Assembly (NCBI GenBank): GCA_951406725.2
Contig: OX597829.1
Span: 45,322,001 to 45,386,000 of the forward strand
Direction: 5' to 3'
Length of the DNA: 64,000 nt
DNA from: Octopus vulgaris
Lineage: Eukaryota
Shown here: piece after piece, positions 1 to 59,496 of the stretch
How the letters are laid out: each line of letters opens with the position of its first letter
How positions within the stretch are numbered: the first letter of the stretch is position 1
Position numbers and translations under genes: made by a program
Notes under the pieces: model-generated
What the model was told of the DNA's origin: nothing
Seen by the model: only the letters and a program-made list of their open reading frames with translations
Databases searched by the model: none

Positions 1-292
1 CAAATTACTGTTTTTTTTTTGTGCAGATATTTTGGGGGAGGGCAAGGGAGTGTTCCACCTACAAAGAGAATTTTACCGAGTCGGGAAAACTTCTGTGAGG
101 TTACTTGACATAACAGAAACAGCAAAATAAGATTTCAAAGAAATAAGACCCCATCAGCTTAACAAGTAACAGTAGACATTATTGTCCTAGAGTGACTTGG
201 CAAAATCATTTGAGATGCAGACAAAATACCTCGTGGTATTTGCTTTAGCTCATTACGTTCTAAGTTCAAATCCCACTGAAGTTAACATTATG

Positions 293-640
293 AAGGTGTA
301 CGGTTCAGTTGTTAGTGTCTGGCTTACAATCATAAGGTAGTGAGTTCGATACTGGGACAGGGCTGTGTGTTTGTGTTCTTCAGCAAGGCACTTTATTTCA
401 CGTTTCTCCTGTTCACTCAGCTGTAGAAATGTGTTGCGATGTCACTGGTGCCAAGCTGTATCAGCCCATTTGCCTTTCTCTTGGATAACATCAGTGGCAT
501 GAAGAGGGGAGGATGTTGGTATGCATGGGTGACTGCTGGTCTTCCATAAACAACCTTGCCTGGACTTGTGCCTTGGAAGGGAACTTCCTTGGTGCAATCT
601 CATGGTCGTTCATAACCCAAGGGGTGGTTTTTACCCTGTA
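293..640 (+). mobile_element. Degenerate tRNA-derived SINE (related copies about 55470-55820 and 62180-62515 on - strand)
   Basis: B-box GAGTTCGATAC and the TTCTT(G/C)AGCAAG(G/A)CACTTTATTTCACGTT core are shared among copies. Confidence 0.7.
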
Positions 641-1149
641 ATCCTAGGGACCCTTAACTCGTTTGTTAACATATTATCTTGAGATACACTGCCTTTGCTC
701 CATTTAATTTTAAAAATAATGAATTTAGTCAAATAAATTTATTATTGAGCTGGTGTTTTAGAACATGAATTAACATCAAATTTTGATGGTAGGTTATAAT
801 TGAGATCACTTCAAAGTACTTTGTACCATAGAATCAAGAGAAGTTTCAGACAGGTTGATATCAAGAGTTAAAAAAAACAAAGTGGTGGTTGCTTGAATGC
901 CCTTGTTTTGGACTTATTGAAATGTGGAAGAGAAGATCTGGGACTTTTTTTTTTCAGAGATCTTACAAGACTGGCGAGAGAAGTTATCCTTAAGCCACAG
1001 AACTGATCCGTATATTTGTGACAGTGGCTTCTGCTAATGACACCCAAGGATCATGCAGTGGTGTTAAAACCAAGCAACAGATTAGGTCTGCCACTCTGAT
1101 TATAGATTAACTTAATGAGGGTTGACTTGTGGTAAAATACCTACATAGG

Positions 1150-1562
1150 TCATAGGCATGGCTGTGTGGTAAGAAGCTCGTTTCCCAACCACATGGTTCC
1201 TGTTTCAGTCCCACTGCATGGTATCTTGGGCATCTGCTACAACCTTGGACTGACCAAAGCCTTGAGTGGATTTAATAGATGGAAACTGAAAGAAGCCCGT
1301 CGTATATCTATGTATATATAATATAAATGTGTGTGTGTGTATATATTTTGTGTGTCTATGTTTGTCCCTCCCCCCACCATCACTTGACAACCGATGTTGG
1401 TATGTTTACATCCCCGTAACTTGGCAGTTCAGCAAAAGAGACTGATAGCGTAAATATTAGGCTTACAAAGAATAAGTCCTGGGGTTAAATTTATTTGACT
1501 AAAGGTGGTACTCCAGCATGGCCGCAATCAAATGACTGAAACAAGTAAATGAATAAAAGAAT
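1150..1562 (+). mobile_element. Abundant tRNA-derived SINE family (octopus OK-like)
   Basis: Head GGCTGTGTGGTAAG...TTCAGTCCCACTG, internal (TA/TG)n, tail GACTGAAACAAGTAAA; about 20 related copies or fragments in the window. Confidence 0.85.
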
Positions 1563-1874
1563 AGGTTTGCTCAACCAGTTGACCTCGGGCTAAAAACCAA
1601 TGTAAGTCTGGTCATTTAGGGTTAAACAGCAGGGTTAATCAGCAACATAGATTGTTCTGACAAAGCTGCCCCTTTCCTGCTAGCAGCTGAAAAAAATTAA
1701 AAAGTGCTCTTGTATAAGACACTGTCATCTTATCTCAAATGTTTTCATACTTATAGGTCTTGCTTATCATGGCTACCGAATAATTGTCACATATTACATT
1801 TACAGATAAATTCCTCTATTTACATAATATATCGAGGTCTCTTCCTTTCTTTTGTTGTCTTACCATTTTTATCA

Positions 1875-1915
<41 letters not shown>

Positions 1916-2130
1916 TATATAATTATTAATATTAGGGAAGTTATTTCCTAGTCCACAGGGGAGAGAAATCCAATTTAGTGGTATTTAAATGAATTTCTCG
2001 CTGTATTATATACATTTATAAAGACGGGTTTAATTTAATTTAATATATGATTCAGAATAGTAATTGTTGATATTAATTTTGATAAAATTTAATCTTATCT
2101 ATCATAGATAATGTCGTTCAATGTTATATG

Positions 2131-3273
2131 TTAGTTAGTTAATTTGGAGTTAAGTACAGGGTGGTGTTCATATAAAGAGTTCAGGCCACTTGAGGTCCAG
2201 GGAGGCTTTGAACAAAGCGGTCGTCGGCATCTTCACCATCTCGTCTGACAGCTTGTTCCACGGATCCGCAACCCGGACGGAGAAAGCTCCTCTCCTTCGA
2301 TTGAGATGAAATCGTCGCAGGTAGAGCTTTTCAGAATGACCCCGCAGCCGACGCTCCGGAGCAGGAGTGAAGAACAGCTCTTTCGAGAGGTTACACTTTC
2401 CGCTTATGATGCTGTGAGCAAGAATGAGATCACCACGGCGGCGGCGTTTTTCAAGAGAATAAAGGTCGAGCGTCCTCAGCCTTTCTTCGTAGGACAAATT
2501 TTTGAGACCATGAACCATGCGGGTAGCCAGCTTCTGGACTCTTTCGAGATGCTGTATGTCTTTGAGGAGATAAGGAGAAGAGGCTTGAATCCCATACTCC
2601 AATATGGGTCTCACCAGCGTGACATAGAGTGGCAGGAATATGGCAGCTGTGAGCATTCCGAATGACCGTCGAATCAAAAACAGAATTCCGCGCGCTTTGT
2701 TGGCAGCATGGACGCACTGGGCCGAAGGCGAAAAGGAGGAATCCACCAAGATACCCAGGTCCTTTACCTGATCGGTCCTCTCCAGCAGCAGACGACCCAG
2801 CTCGAAAGTTGAGTTGCAGGAGTAGAGCCGACAGGCAGATGACAGCACTTTGACACGTTCAGACACAGGTCCCAATCGTTAGACCACTTCCAAATTTGGT
2901 GGAGGCATCGACGAAGATCCTCTATACTACCGCGAGGAGCGACCAGTTTGATATCGTCGGCAAATAGAAGGGTGTGTTGCGTGAGGTCGTCGGGCAAGTC
3001 ATTTATGAAGACTAAGAACAACAAGGGCCCAAGCACTGAACCTTGAGGCACGCCACTGCTCGCACTGGAGACGTCGGACCGCGAACCATTAACTTGAACT
3101 TGGAAGGAGCGATCTGAGAGGAAGGCACCAACCCATCGTACAATATCCGGATGGAAACTATATGCTTGAAGCTTGACAAGTAGTAGGCGGTGGTTTACCG
3201 AGTCAAAAGCTTTGGCAAAGTCCAATAAAACGATGTCAACAGCATCACTATCATCGAGGATGCGCGTCACCAA
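2131..3273 (-). mobile_element. 5'-truncated CR1-clade LINE (RT and C-terminus), one frameshift near 2810-2830
   Basis: LDFAKAFDSV, GVPQGSVLGPLLF, FADD motifs; stop at 2168; (AACT)n tail. Confidence 0.9.
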
Positions 3274-3739
3274 TATAGGTTATGTCCAAATATATAAGAA
3301 GTAGACAAAGAAAATTAATTATCAAAATTAATATCAACAATTACTATTCTGAATCATATATATATATATATATATCATCATCATCATCATCATTTAGCGT
3401 CCGCTTTCCATGCTAGCATGGGTTGGACGGTTCAACTGGGGTCTGTGAAGCCGGAAGGCTGCATCAGGCCCAGTCTGATCTGGCAGTGTTTCTACAGCTG
3501 GATATATATATATATATAGGTTTATGTCCAAATCATAAGAAGTAGACAAAGAAAATTCTTTAACTCATCTTTAATGATTTGTTACAGTTGTTTCAGTACC
3601 AACTCTATTTGCATTGCTAGTTTACACAAAAATTTGAAGTGAAAATATACATCCTCAATTTACATGCTATCAGGACCTTAGAACTTTGCTCGCTCTATCT
3701 TTCTCTAACTATATATATATATATATATATATACATATA

Positions 3740-3930
3740 TGCTCTTTTACTTGTTTCAGTCATTTGACTGTGGCCATGCTGGAGCACCGCCTTTAGTTAG
3801 CAAATCGTCGACCCCAGGACTTATTCTTTTTAAACCTAGTACTTATTCTATTGGTATCTTCTGCTGAACTGCTAAGTTAGGGAGACATAAACTCACCACC
3901 ATCGGTTGTCAAGCGATGTAGGGGGGACAA

Positions 3931-3973
<43 letters not shown>

Positions 3974-4120
3974 TATATACGACGGGCTTCCTTCAGTTTC
4001 CGTCTACGAAATCTACTCACGAGTAGAAGACACTTGCCCAAGGTGCCATGCAATGGGAATGAACCCGGAACCATGTGATTGGTAAGCAAGCTACTTACCA
4101 CACAGCCACTCCTGCGCCTA
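3740..4120 (-). mobile_element. OK-like SINE
   Basis: Reverse complement of the 1150-1562 family. Confidence 0.8.
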
Positions 4121-5267
4121 TGCCTATACATACACACACACGTATGTATTTATGTATATATATATATATATATATATATAAAGTTACATAGCCTAATGGT
4201 TAACGTGTTGCACTCACGATCAAGTGGGCTCCCTGACTGGGTGGCGCTTTGTTTTCTTGAGCAAAACATTTCATTTCAAGTTGCTCCAGTCTACCTTTAG
4301 ATTAGTGGGGAATGTTGGCCAGAGTAGAACATTGCAAAGCGCATTGTGAGTGATGATGTGTAACAACATCTAATCGCCTGATTGTATATATAGTTGGCTT
4401 GCTACTTATATATATATACACACACACACATTTTTTTCAGTCTGCAGAGATATGGTTAAAATTTTCCCTGTTTATAATTACACCATATGTTTTATCTTTA
4501 TATATATAAAACTGAGAATGTCTGTCTGTCTGTCTGTGTGTTTCCCTAAAACTTGAGAACTACACAACCAATTTCATTCAAATTTTACACATGCCTTACT
4601 TAGGGTCCATGTAGTTTCATGGGCAAAAAAAAATGTTCAACTTCTTGCCTAGAGCGAGCCCATAGCAATATCATATCTTCTCCACTATTTCAGTATTACA
4701 TGTTAAAAGTGAAACAAAAGCATTTCTCTATTTTATGTCAGATGCTTTCACTTTAACAATAAAAATAATAATAACAATTGAATTATATGTAGTAAGTAAT
4801 AATTAAAATCAAACTAAAGTATAATATAATCGTAACATAACAAAAGTAAAAATAGCAATTGGTATAAAATTGCATCAATGATTTGAACTTGAATAAGTAG
4901 TTTCACATGAATGGGAATAAATTAAAAATAAAATTAGTGTGCAGAAATGGAATAGTCCAGATGGAAAATAAAAAATTAAATTAAAGAAAAGACTATTGTC
5001 TATAAAGTATACAATGTAGAGAAAAAAAGATTTGAACACATGGAGGAAATCAATTTATTGCGTTATTAGTAAGTTGATATATATTTTTGCTCTCATACTA
5101 CTTATCTCTGTTATTATATACTGTTGGTCTACCTTTTTTTGTCCATTGTTGTCTAACGGACGAAGTCAACCATCGCGCGAAGACTTCGCGTTGGTGTTCC
5201 CCCCTCAGTGGGGGAAAACTACAATCAATTTAGATTACCAAAGGCTTGTTAAAGCCATTTGTTCAAA

Positions 5268-6644
5268 ATGGAGTCCCCCATCACTTATTCGCCCGTGACG
5301 AGCGAGGATGAATACCCGGCGTTGTCGCCAAGTAAAAAAGAGGCGTTGTCGCCAAGAAAAAAGAGGCGCTGTCGCCGAAGAAAAAAGAGGCGGCGTCGCC
5401 CAAGAAAATGGTAAAACCAGTACCAGCATCAACTCCAGCAAAAAAATTCGCTGAAGTGGCTGGGAAGAAAATTAAAAAAATTAACGTGGACAACCTGGGA
5501 AAACATGCAGACTGTGTGTCAAAAGAGGGCACGGAAGTAACCGTGGCTTCAAACGCCAAAATACAGGAGGATATTTCGAATAGGAGAATAATCTATAAGA
5601 CATTCAGTATAACAAACAGAGCAATCCAAAAAATAGAGGAGAAAAAGATTGAAAACTGCTTAAAGCCAATAATGGATAAAATTACGTATATCAATCGAGG
5701 GAAGAAATACGGCACAGTGGAGGTGAGATTCACGTCAGAGGAGGTAGCGAAGAAGCTATCCATGGAACCCATAAAAGCGGAGGATATTGTTCTCCTACCC
5801 CTGTATAAAGGCAAGAGAACTTCCAAAATCACTATGAACAACATCCCGCCAGAAGCGGATGCCGAAGTCCTAGTGGCAGCAGTTATGGTAGGCCTGGAGG
5901 AAAAAATAAACATCCTCCAGGCCACCGTAGAAGAAGAAGAATTCTGGAAAGGGCAAAAGATAATAATAGCCATACAAGCAGAAGTACAAACCCTGGAAGA
6001 GATCCCAGAGACTCTTAGGATAAGCGAAGATGAAAGAGTCACAGTCTTCGTAGAGGGCAGAAAGCCGAGGTGCTTCGGCTGCGGTAAGAAGGGGCATGTA
6101 AGGGCGGAATGCCAGCCCCAACCCAAACCGCAGGAAGCACCTAAGCCAAAAGGAAAAGAAGACAATGTGTCACCAGAAGCAGCGTCAGACGGCCCAGATG
6201 GGAAGACTGAAGGTGTGGAGGTGATGGTAACAGCAGAACCAGCGGCGGAGAAAAAAAGAGCGAAGAAAAGATAAATGAGGAGGGGTGGGCAAAAATTATC
6301 GGAAAAAAAAAAAGAAAAACGGAAACCACCCCTCCCAGAGTAATTTTAAAAAGAAAAAAGAGTCAATGAACTCATATATGGCCGTAAAAGCATCAAATAG
6401 CAGACTCGGAAACGTGTTGGCAGCCATGGCCAATGTGAAGAGAGTAGAGAAAAAAAATGACTTTGCAATTTACAAAATAGACCGGAAGGATTACGGGCGG
6501 ATAAAGTCAGAATTCTTCCATGACGTAGGCCCACTTAGGTTGGATGTAACATCTCCACATATATTCGAGGGCCTACGTCAGACTCCCCCACGAGGCCCAG
6601 AAAAAGAGAAGGAAGAAGAAGAAAAAACCGAACCACTGATATAA
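5268..6644 (+). pseudogene. Tx1 ORF1 (gag-like, CX2CX4HX4C), frameshifts in A-runs
   Basis: ATG 5268; CFGCGKKGHVRAEC; frame breaks at homopolymers near 5360 and 6255-6320, which may be assembly errors. Confidence 0.8.
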
Positions 6645-6653
6645 AGGTAAGTA

Positions 6654-9600
6654 ATGGATTACATTTATGTTGGTTGTTTAAATGTGCGCGGCCTGGGAGC
6701 AGGCTGGAAGCAAGGTCGCTTCCTGCATGATATCAGGTCGCGTAATTTAGATGTTATTGTTGCTACAGAAACCCGGCTAGAGGGGCCAAGAGGTCTACTC
6801 CCGCTGTTTGACGGCTACGAGAGTTTTTTCTCTCCTGGCAGTCCTACAGGCGGGAGTGGGGTGTTGGTCCTATTAAAAAGAAACCGGGTTTCTGAGAAAA
6901 AGTTAATTTTTGCAGATCCAGAAGGTAGGCTGGTCGTCATGGATTTGACGTTCAGTAATGGTAAAGTTATCAGACTGGTTGCAATTTACGCACCCAACCA
7001 TACAGGGCAAAGTGATTATTTTCGTGAACTAGAAAACTTTCTTGGTACTTCGCATTCATTAGTGGTGCTAGGAGACTTTAACACAATTTGCAAAGCGGAT
7101 GTAGATTATGTTGGCTCGTGTCCAGATAGAAAAGGCAACAGTGGCTTCATGGAACTGCTAAGCCGCTTTGAGCTAGCAGATCCTTATAGGCTGGAATTTC
7201 CGAACGCTCCATTGTGGACATGGTCAAACAGCGACGGATCTTCCAGGTCGTATCTAGATAGAATACTAATTAGAAAAGTAGACAGTAAAATAGCTAAGTG
7301 TCCACAGTTTTACCCGATCAGCTACAGTGATCATAAAATGGTCACTTGTAAGCTTGACATAGATAAGGTTAAAAATAGAGGATCCGGTTACTGGAAACTT
7401 AATACGTCCCTTTTGGCGATTAAGGAGTACAAAGACCGGATTAGGAATATAATTCAGAGGGCACTATCTGGTACCATCATTAATAACAAATGGTGGTACA
7501 CCCTCAAACGAGCCATCAAGTTTGAGTCTATTAGATATAGCATAGGAGTAGTGGCTAGAGAGGCTAGAAGGGAAACTACTCTAGTTAAGGAATTAGAGGA
7601 AGCCATGAAAACTGGCTCTGCGGCTCAGGTGGCGGCCAAGAGACTGGTGTTAAACCAGCACCTCGAGGCCAAACACATGGGCTGCATTGTCAGGGCTAGA
7701 ATCCGTCATATGGGATGTGAAGGAATCAACGCCGTGAGATGGGCCCGAGTGGTGGAAGCTCAGCATGGTAACGATGCCACGATTCGATCTTTGACGAACC
7801 AACAAGGTGAGTTGATAAACGAACCCGAGGAGATGTGTGAGGCCTTTCAGGAGCACTTCGCTCAGCTTTTCGGTGAGTGCGGCGGACTGGATAGGGAGGA
7901 GGGCCTTTACGGACCTACTCGACGGTCTGCCGCGCTTATCGGGGCGAGATGCGGAGGGCTGTGAAGGGCCAATCACGCCTGAGGAGGTGGTTGAGGCAAT
8001 GGCGGACTGCGGCGCGGGCAAGGCGCCGGGTTTGGATGGTCTACCCTATGAGTTATATAAGAGTATGCCAGACTTGTTCGGGCACCTACTGGCGGAGGTC
8101 TACGCGAACTGGCAGCAGAACGGGCTTATACCCAGATCTGTGCGCCGGGGAGTAGTGACTCTCGTCAGAAAGGACCCGAGCAAGGGGGAGTGCATTGATA
8201 ATTTCAGGCCCATCACTCTGCTAAACACAGAGTTGAAGATTTTGGCCAAAGTGTTATCGAAAAGATTGGCGCGTGTCGCGGATGGTCTGATCGGAGGGGC
8301 ACAGACATGTGCCGTTCCGGGCAGATCCATTCAGGATAATCTCCATCTAATGCGGTACACTATAGAGGGGTTTAATAGTGATTCTGGCAAGGGTGGGGCA
8401 CTGGTCCATTTAGACCAATCTAAAGCTTTTGATAGGGTCGACCATCGTTACCTGGTATCTGCCCTGGCACAGTTCGGGCTGAGCCTTGGATTCCTCAGGT
8501 GGATTATCGAAATTTATGATAACATCGACTCGGTAGTTCGGGTGAACGGCTTCTTGTCGAAGCCGTTCAAAATCAAACGCTCGGTTCGTCAAGGGTGTCC
8601 GCTCTCCCCGCTTTTGTACGTGATGGCTCTTGAGCCATTACTGCGAAAACTGAGCGGCATCCCGAGACAGCCAGGTAATGGAAAATCAGTGTCAGCGTAC
8701 GCGGATGACATCACCATCATCGTAACCGAAATGGACCACCTATGTAAAGTAGGCAAGGCCATAGAGGTGTACGAGACGGTGACAGGAGCAAAAGTTAATC
8801 GCGAAAAGTCAGTCGGCTTGCAACTCGGCACCTGGAGAGGCAAGTCGATGCCTCTGACAGCGTCGTGGGACGTTGGACGGAGGGTCCGATTAAACTGCTA
8901 GGGGTCTGGTTCGGTCCAGACCTCCAAATAGAGAAGAATTGGGGCGAGGTAACGAGCAAGGTGGCTGCAGTAGCCAAGACCTGGTCTTGGCGGTGGCTAT
9001 CCCTGAAAGGGAGGGCGGAGGTGGCCAATGTGTTTATCGCATCGGTTATCACCTACCGCCTTTCCGTCGTTCCTTGCCCTGATTCGTGGTTGATCAAGTT
9101 GGAAAGACAGCTCTTCTACTTCTTGTGGAAGGGCGGGAAACCACTTGTGAAACGCTCTACTTGCTGTCAACAACCGTTAAAGGGTGGGCTAGGGATGCCT
9201 TGGCTGATGATGCGCAGACATGCGCTGAGGTTAAGACATCTGTGGCTCTACCTGGATGGTGAACGGGTGTGGTCTTCGCTAGCAAAACTGATGTTTCCCA
9301 AGTTCACTAGTTTCGGTGGATGGGAAACCTGGCTGAATCGTAGATCGAAACTTGGTACTTGGTACACGGAGTGTCGCAAGGCTCTCCTGCTATTCCGTCG
9401 CTCGGGCAACGCCTGCGGTGGGGGTTCCACCACTTTCTTCTATAGAGGGTTGGTAGAGGCGGAATGTGAAGATACCTTGGGGGAAACCCTAGGTCTCGAC
9501 GATAATCAGCTGGCCAGTCTGTTCCGACGTACGTTCGAGCCAAGGACACTGGACAACTTCCAGAAGTCTCTGGCATGGCAATGCTACAGAGGAGCTCTAC

Positions 9601-10049
9601 CTGTTCGGGATAAACTCGCAAGGCACGGTGGCCAAGACAGTCCGATATGTCCAAGATGCGGGCGGGATAGGGAAACCGTCCCGCACGCGATTGTTCATTG
9701 TCCGGACGTGTCTGAGGTGTGGGTTTATGCCGAACACCTGTTGTCAGGTACACGAAGAGTACAGCTGTCGACTGAGTCGATTACAAAAATTGACCCACCG
9801 GATTTCCTCGTGAATGAAGGTAAGTTTCGTTTTCTCGTTGTAGTAGCAATCGCGAAAGAGGTGATATGGAAGACGAGAATGAAAGGTTTACAGTCAGGCA
9901 AGTTCATCTCCGGCCCTGGTTTGATGAATTATTTCATCTTTCACCTGAAAAGGAAGATAGGGCTGGAGAGAATATGCCTGACTAGGAGAGCGTATGAAGA
10001 ACGATGGAAGGATGTAGCACGGAAGTTGCGAATGAAAGTTACAACATAA
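6654..10049 (+). pseudogene. Tx1 ORF2 endonuclease/reverse transcriptase with two frameshifts (about 7900 and 8850)
   Basis: LNVRGL, GDFN, SYLDR, SDH (APE); APGLDGLP, FRPITLLN, VRQGCPLSPLLY, AYADD (RT); CPRC..E...H...C. Confidence 0.92.
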
Positions 10050-10778
10050 ATGTAATACCAAGTGCAACCAAAAGTATCAGTGGGGAGGCGGGGCTCGTGG
10101 GGTCCGAGCTAAACCCGCACCCACTCCACCCGTAATGTCTTCCGGTCTGTCCTATCACTCGATTTTTGTCCATTTATTGTTATTCATGAAAATTTTTAAA
10201 CCCGATTTATTGTAAAAACCCATTCGTTTGTCTGACCCCATCATCAGAATGTATTGTCCCATCTGTGTTCGCCCCTTGTGGGTAATAATAAAACAACATG
10301 GAGGAAAGCACCTTTGAAAAGTGTCTTGGTGCGACAATGAAAGATATCTAATCAGAGGTGGTAAATTCGCCAGAATAGAAGCAAGGTTCGAGTCAACGGA
10401 GCACTCAACTCGAACTTGCAAAGTGGAAATATTTTATTTTTACCTTTATATCTGGGACGTAGGACGTCCCGGAAAAAAAATTTTAAATGCCCCCCCCCCA
10501 CCAGAAGTAGAGGTAGGCTGGATTGTAGCCACACTTCTATACAAAAGGGAGGACAAGATACAATTGATTGAAATTACAAGAGACAGGCTAACAATTCCAG
10601 TCTGTTATATATTTTGAGTATTGTTATCACTAGTGATATCAAGATATAACTTTGTATTTTGCATTTTATGTGTAGATGTATATATATATAGATGTACATG
10701 TAATATGTACACATATATATAAATACATATATACATGCCCTAGCACTATGACCCGGCAACGATGGGTCTTTAATGCTA

Positions 10779-10821
<43 letters not shown>

Positions 10822-10868
10822 TAATTTAATTGATATTGTTCTCATGTTTTAACCATTTCCTTCTGCAG

Positions 10869-56974
<46,106 letters not shown>

Positions 56975-57006
56975 ATTAGCTAAAATCTATACTCAATATT
57001 TTATTT

Positions 57007-57043
<37 letters not shown>

Positions 57044-57422
57044 ATGTGTGTATGTGTGTGCTCATGCGTGCAGTCTAACATGCATAAATTGAAATTACTT
57101 AAAGCTATAACCATAAAGGGTTATTTGTTGTGTTAAGCTCATCCCTTACTTGTTGATCTTTTCCATTTCTTTGTTATTCGCATTAAAGTGTTTTGAATTT
57201 TCTTTTTACTTTCTCCTCTTCTCTCTCTCCCTCCCTCCCTCTCTCTCGCTCTTTCTCTCATGGAAAAATCAAAAAATTAAGACCAAAATTTTAAAATTCA
57301 TTTTTTTTCAAGTCAGCCAAGAATGAAGCTGCTGCTGTCAATGGTACCTAACCAAACTAAATGCTAATTTGTAATTACTTCTTCTAAAAAGAAAAAGAGA
57401 AAAATTGTTTTGGTACAGCTCC

Positions 57423-57820
57423 ACAGGTATGGATGTATGGTAAGCAGCTTGCTTCCCAACCACGTAGTTCCGGGTTCAGTCCCACTGTGTTGTCACCTTG
57501 AGCTAGCGTCTTCGACTATAGCCTAAGGTTGACCAAAACCCAAGTGAATGTGGTAGACGGAAACTGAAAGAAGGCCATTGTATATGTGTGTGTAAAAAGC
57601 TTGCTTTGTAATCACATGGCTCCTGTTACAGTCTTACTGTGTGGCACCTTTGGCAAATGTCTTCTAGATTAGCTTCAGGCTGATCAAAGCCTTCAGAGTG
57701 GATCTGGTAAGACGGAAACTAAAAGAAGCCCATTGTATGTGTGTGCGTGTGTAAAAGAAGCTTGCTTCCCAACTACATGGTTCTGGTTCCAGTCCCACTG
57801 CATGGCACTTTAGTCTAGTG
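57423..57820 (+). mobile_element. Three consecutive OK-like SINE heads
   Basis: AAGC(A/T)..TTGCTT...CAGTC..ACTG repeated near 57445, 57597 and 57758. Confidence 0.65.
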
Positions 57821-58869
57821 TCTATAGACTGAAGCAAGCAAATAATAAAAGATTGTCGTCAAATGCTGACAAAGGTGGTTGACAAACCATGTATACTATG
57901 TACATTATTAATGAATATAATAAATTACTAATAACCCACTCTAATATCTAACCTTCAGCTTTGTACTTCATCATCATCATCATTATTTAATATCCGCTTT
58001 CCATGCTAGCATGGGTTGGACGATTTGACCGAGGACTGGCGAACCAGATGGCTGCACCAGACTCCAATTTGATCTGGCAGAATTTCTACAGCTTGATGCC
58101 CTTCCTAACGCCAACCACTCCGAGAGTGTAGTGCGTGCTTTTACGTGCCACCGGCACGAGGGCCAGTTTGGTGGTACTGGCAACGGCCACGCCCAAATGG
58201 TGCTTTTTACGTGCCACCTGCACAGGAGCCAATCCAGCGGCACTGGTGACGACCTTGCTCGAATGTTTCATGTGCCACCAGCACAAGTGCTAGTAAGGCG
58301 GCGCGGCAACAATCACACTCGAATTGTGTGCTCAACGTGCCATCGGCACGAAGGCCAGCTTGTTGCTCTGGCAACGATCTCACTTGTATGGTACCCTTAG
58401 CGCTCCACTAGCAACGGATGCCAGTCACCGAGTTTGTTTTCGACTTCATCATTTAATATCCACTTTCCATGCTAGCATGGATTGGACAAGCTATTTGTGT
58501 ATTAGTACTAGCATTATAGTGACATCATATTTTCTCTCTCTCTCTCTTAACATACAACCCTGTTTGACACCACTGCTACTTGTTACCATCGCCAATCATA
58601 TTTTCACTGTCGGCATAGCACAGCAGATCTTCAGGTATTTCTAACTGGGCACCATGCATGTCTGCTCGCCGTTCTGAAAAGACCTGTAAAGTTCATAGCA
58701 CTAACTTTTCACGTTCCTTCATTAAATTCTGTAACGACATGGGTGCCAGTTTATTATGCATTAACTTGACCATTTACTCTTTAGCTTGCAGTCGAACCCT
58801 GACCCCTAACACAACTCTGGTCATTTTCCTGTGTAAAAAGTACATTAACTGCATGCTAAAGTAGCACCC

Positions 58870-59062
58870 AATAATATCAATGTTTTCTGAGTATCAATGG
58901 TGTCTATTGCCCCTGTGCATCTGCCGCACACAAAAGCTATCTTCCCGGTTAATTTTCCTTTGATGTTGCTGCACCGCTTATGTGTCCATAGCTTACACTG
59001 GGTACATTTTATGGAGTTTCTACCTACACCTTTTCTACAGATCAAGCAGGGCCACCTACCTT
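58870..59062 (-). mobile_element. LINE fragment with Cys/His finger (RTE-associated PHD-like)
   Basis: WPCLICRKGVGRNSIKCTQCKLWTHKRC...CGRC. Confidence 0.7.
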
Positions 59063-59496
59063 AGTGAAATGAAATTCAGATGCTATGTTACAGTAATGCA
59101 AGGAGAAAAGGTATCATATAGAAGAATAGCTTAACCCTTTTGTTACTGTATTTATTTTGAGATGCTCTGTGTTTCTTTCAATTATTTTAAATATGACAAA
59201 GAATTTAGTAAAATAACTTAGTTATCATTCAGATAGTGTTTGGAACATAAATTGTGACTAAGGGTTGGTGGAATATTTTAATTCAGAACTTATGAAAACA
59301 AAACATTTATACTACAGAGCCAGTTTTGGCCGGGTTGGTAACAAAAGTGTTAAAGGAATGAGAAATGTTTTTGATACGGAATATCAGTAAGTTGTAGTGA
59401 AATGAATTTACAAATGCTGAATGGTGTCAGTGTTTTTGATGAAATTCTGACACTATATTACAGGAATGCAGGGCAAGGGGTTGTGTGGTTGCCTTT

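Larger units (their letters stand above)
5050..10295 (+). mobile_element. Full-length Tx1 (L1-group) non-LTR retrotransposon
   Basis: 12-bp TSD ACATGGAGGAAA (5038-5049 and 10296-10307); ORF1 with zinc knuckle; ORF2 with APE, RT and zf-RVT. Confidence 0.92.
4495..10779 (+). mobile_element. Non-autonomous Helitron interrupted by a Tx1 LINE
   Basis: A|TC 5' end, 3' hairpin GACCC...GGGTC then CTAG|T; colinear with the copy at 33944-35503. Confidence 0.8.

Noticed and set aside
5593-6165. Antisense ORFs within Tx1 and CR1
   Set aside because: Shadow frames of coding sequence with no recognisable motifs.
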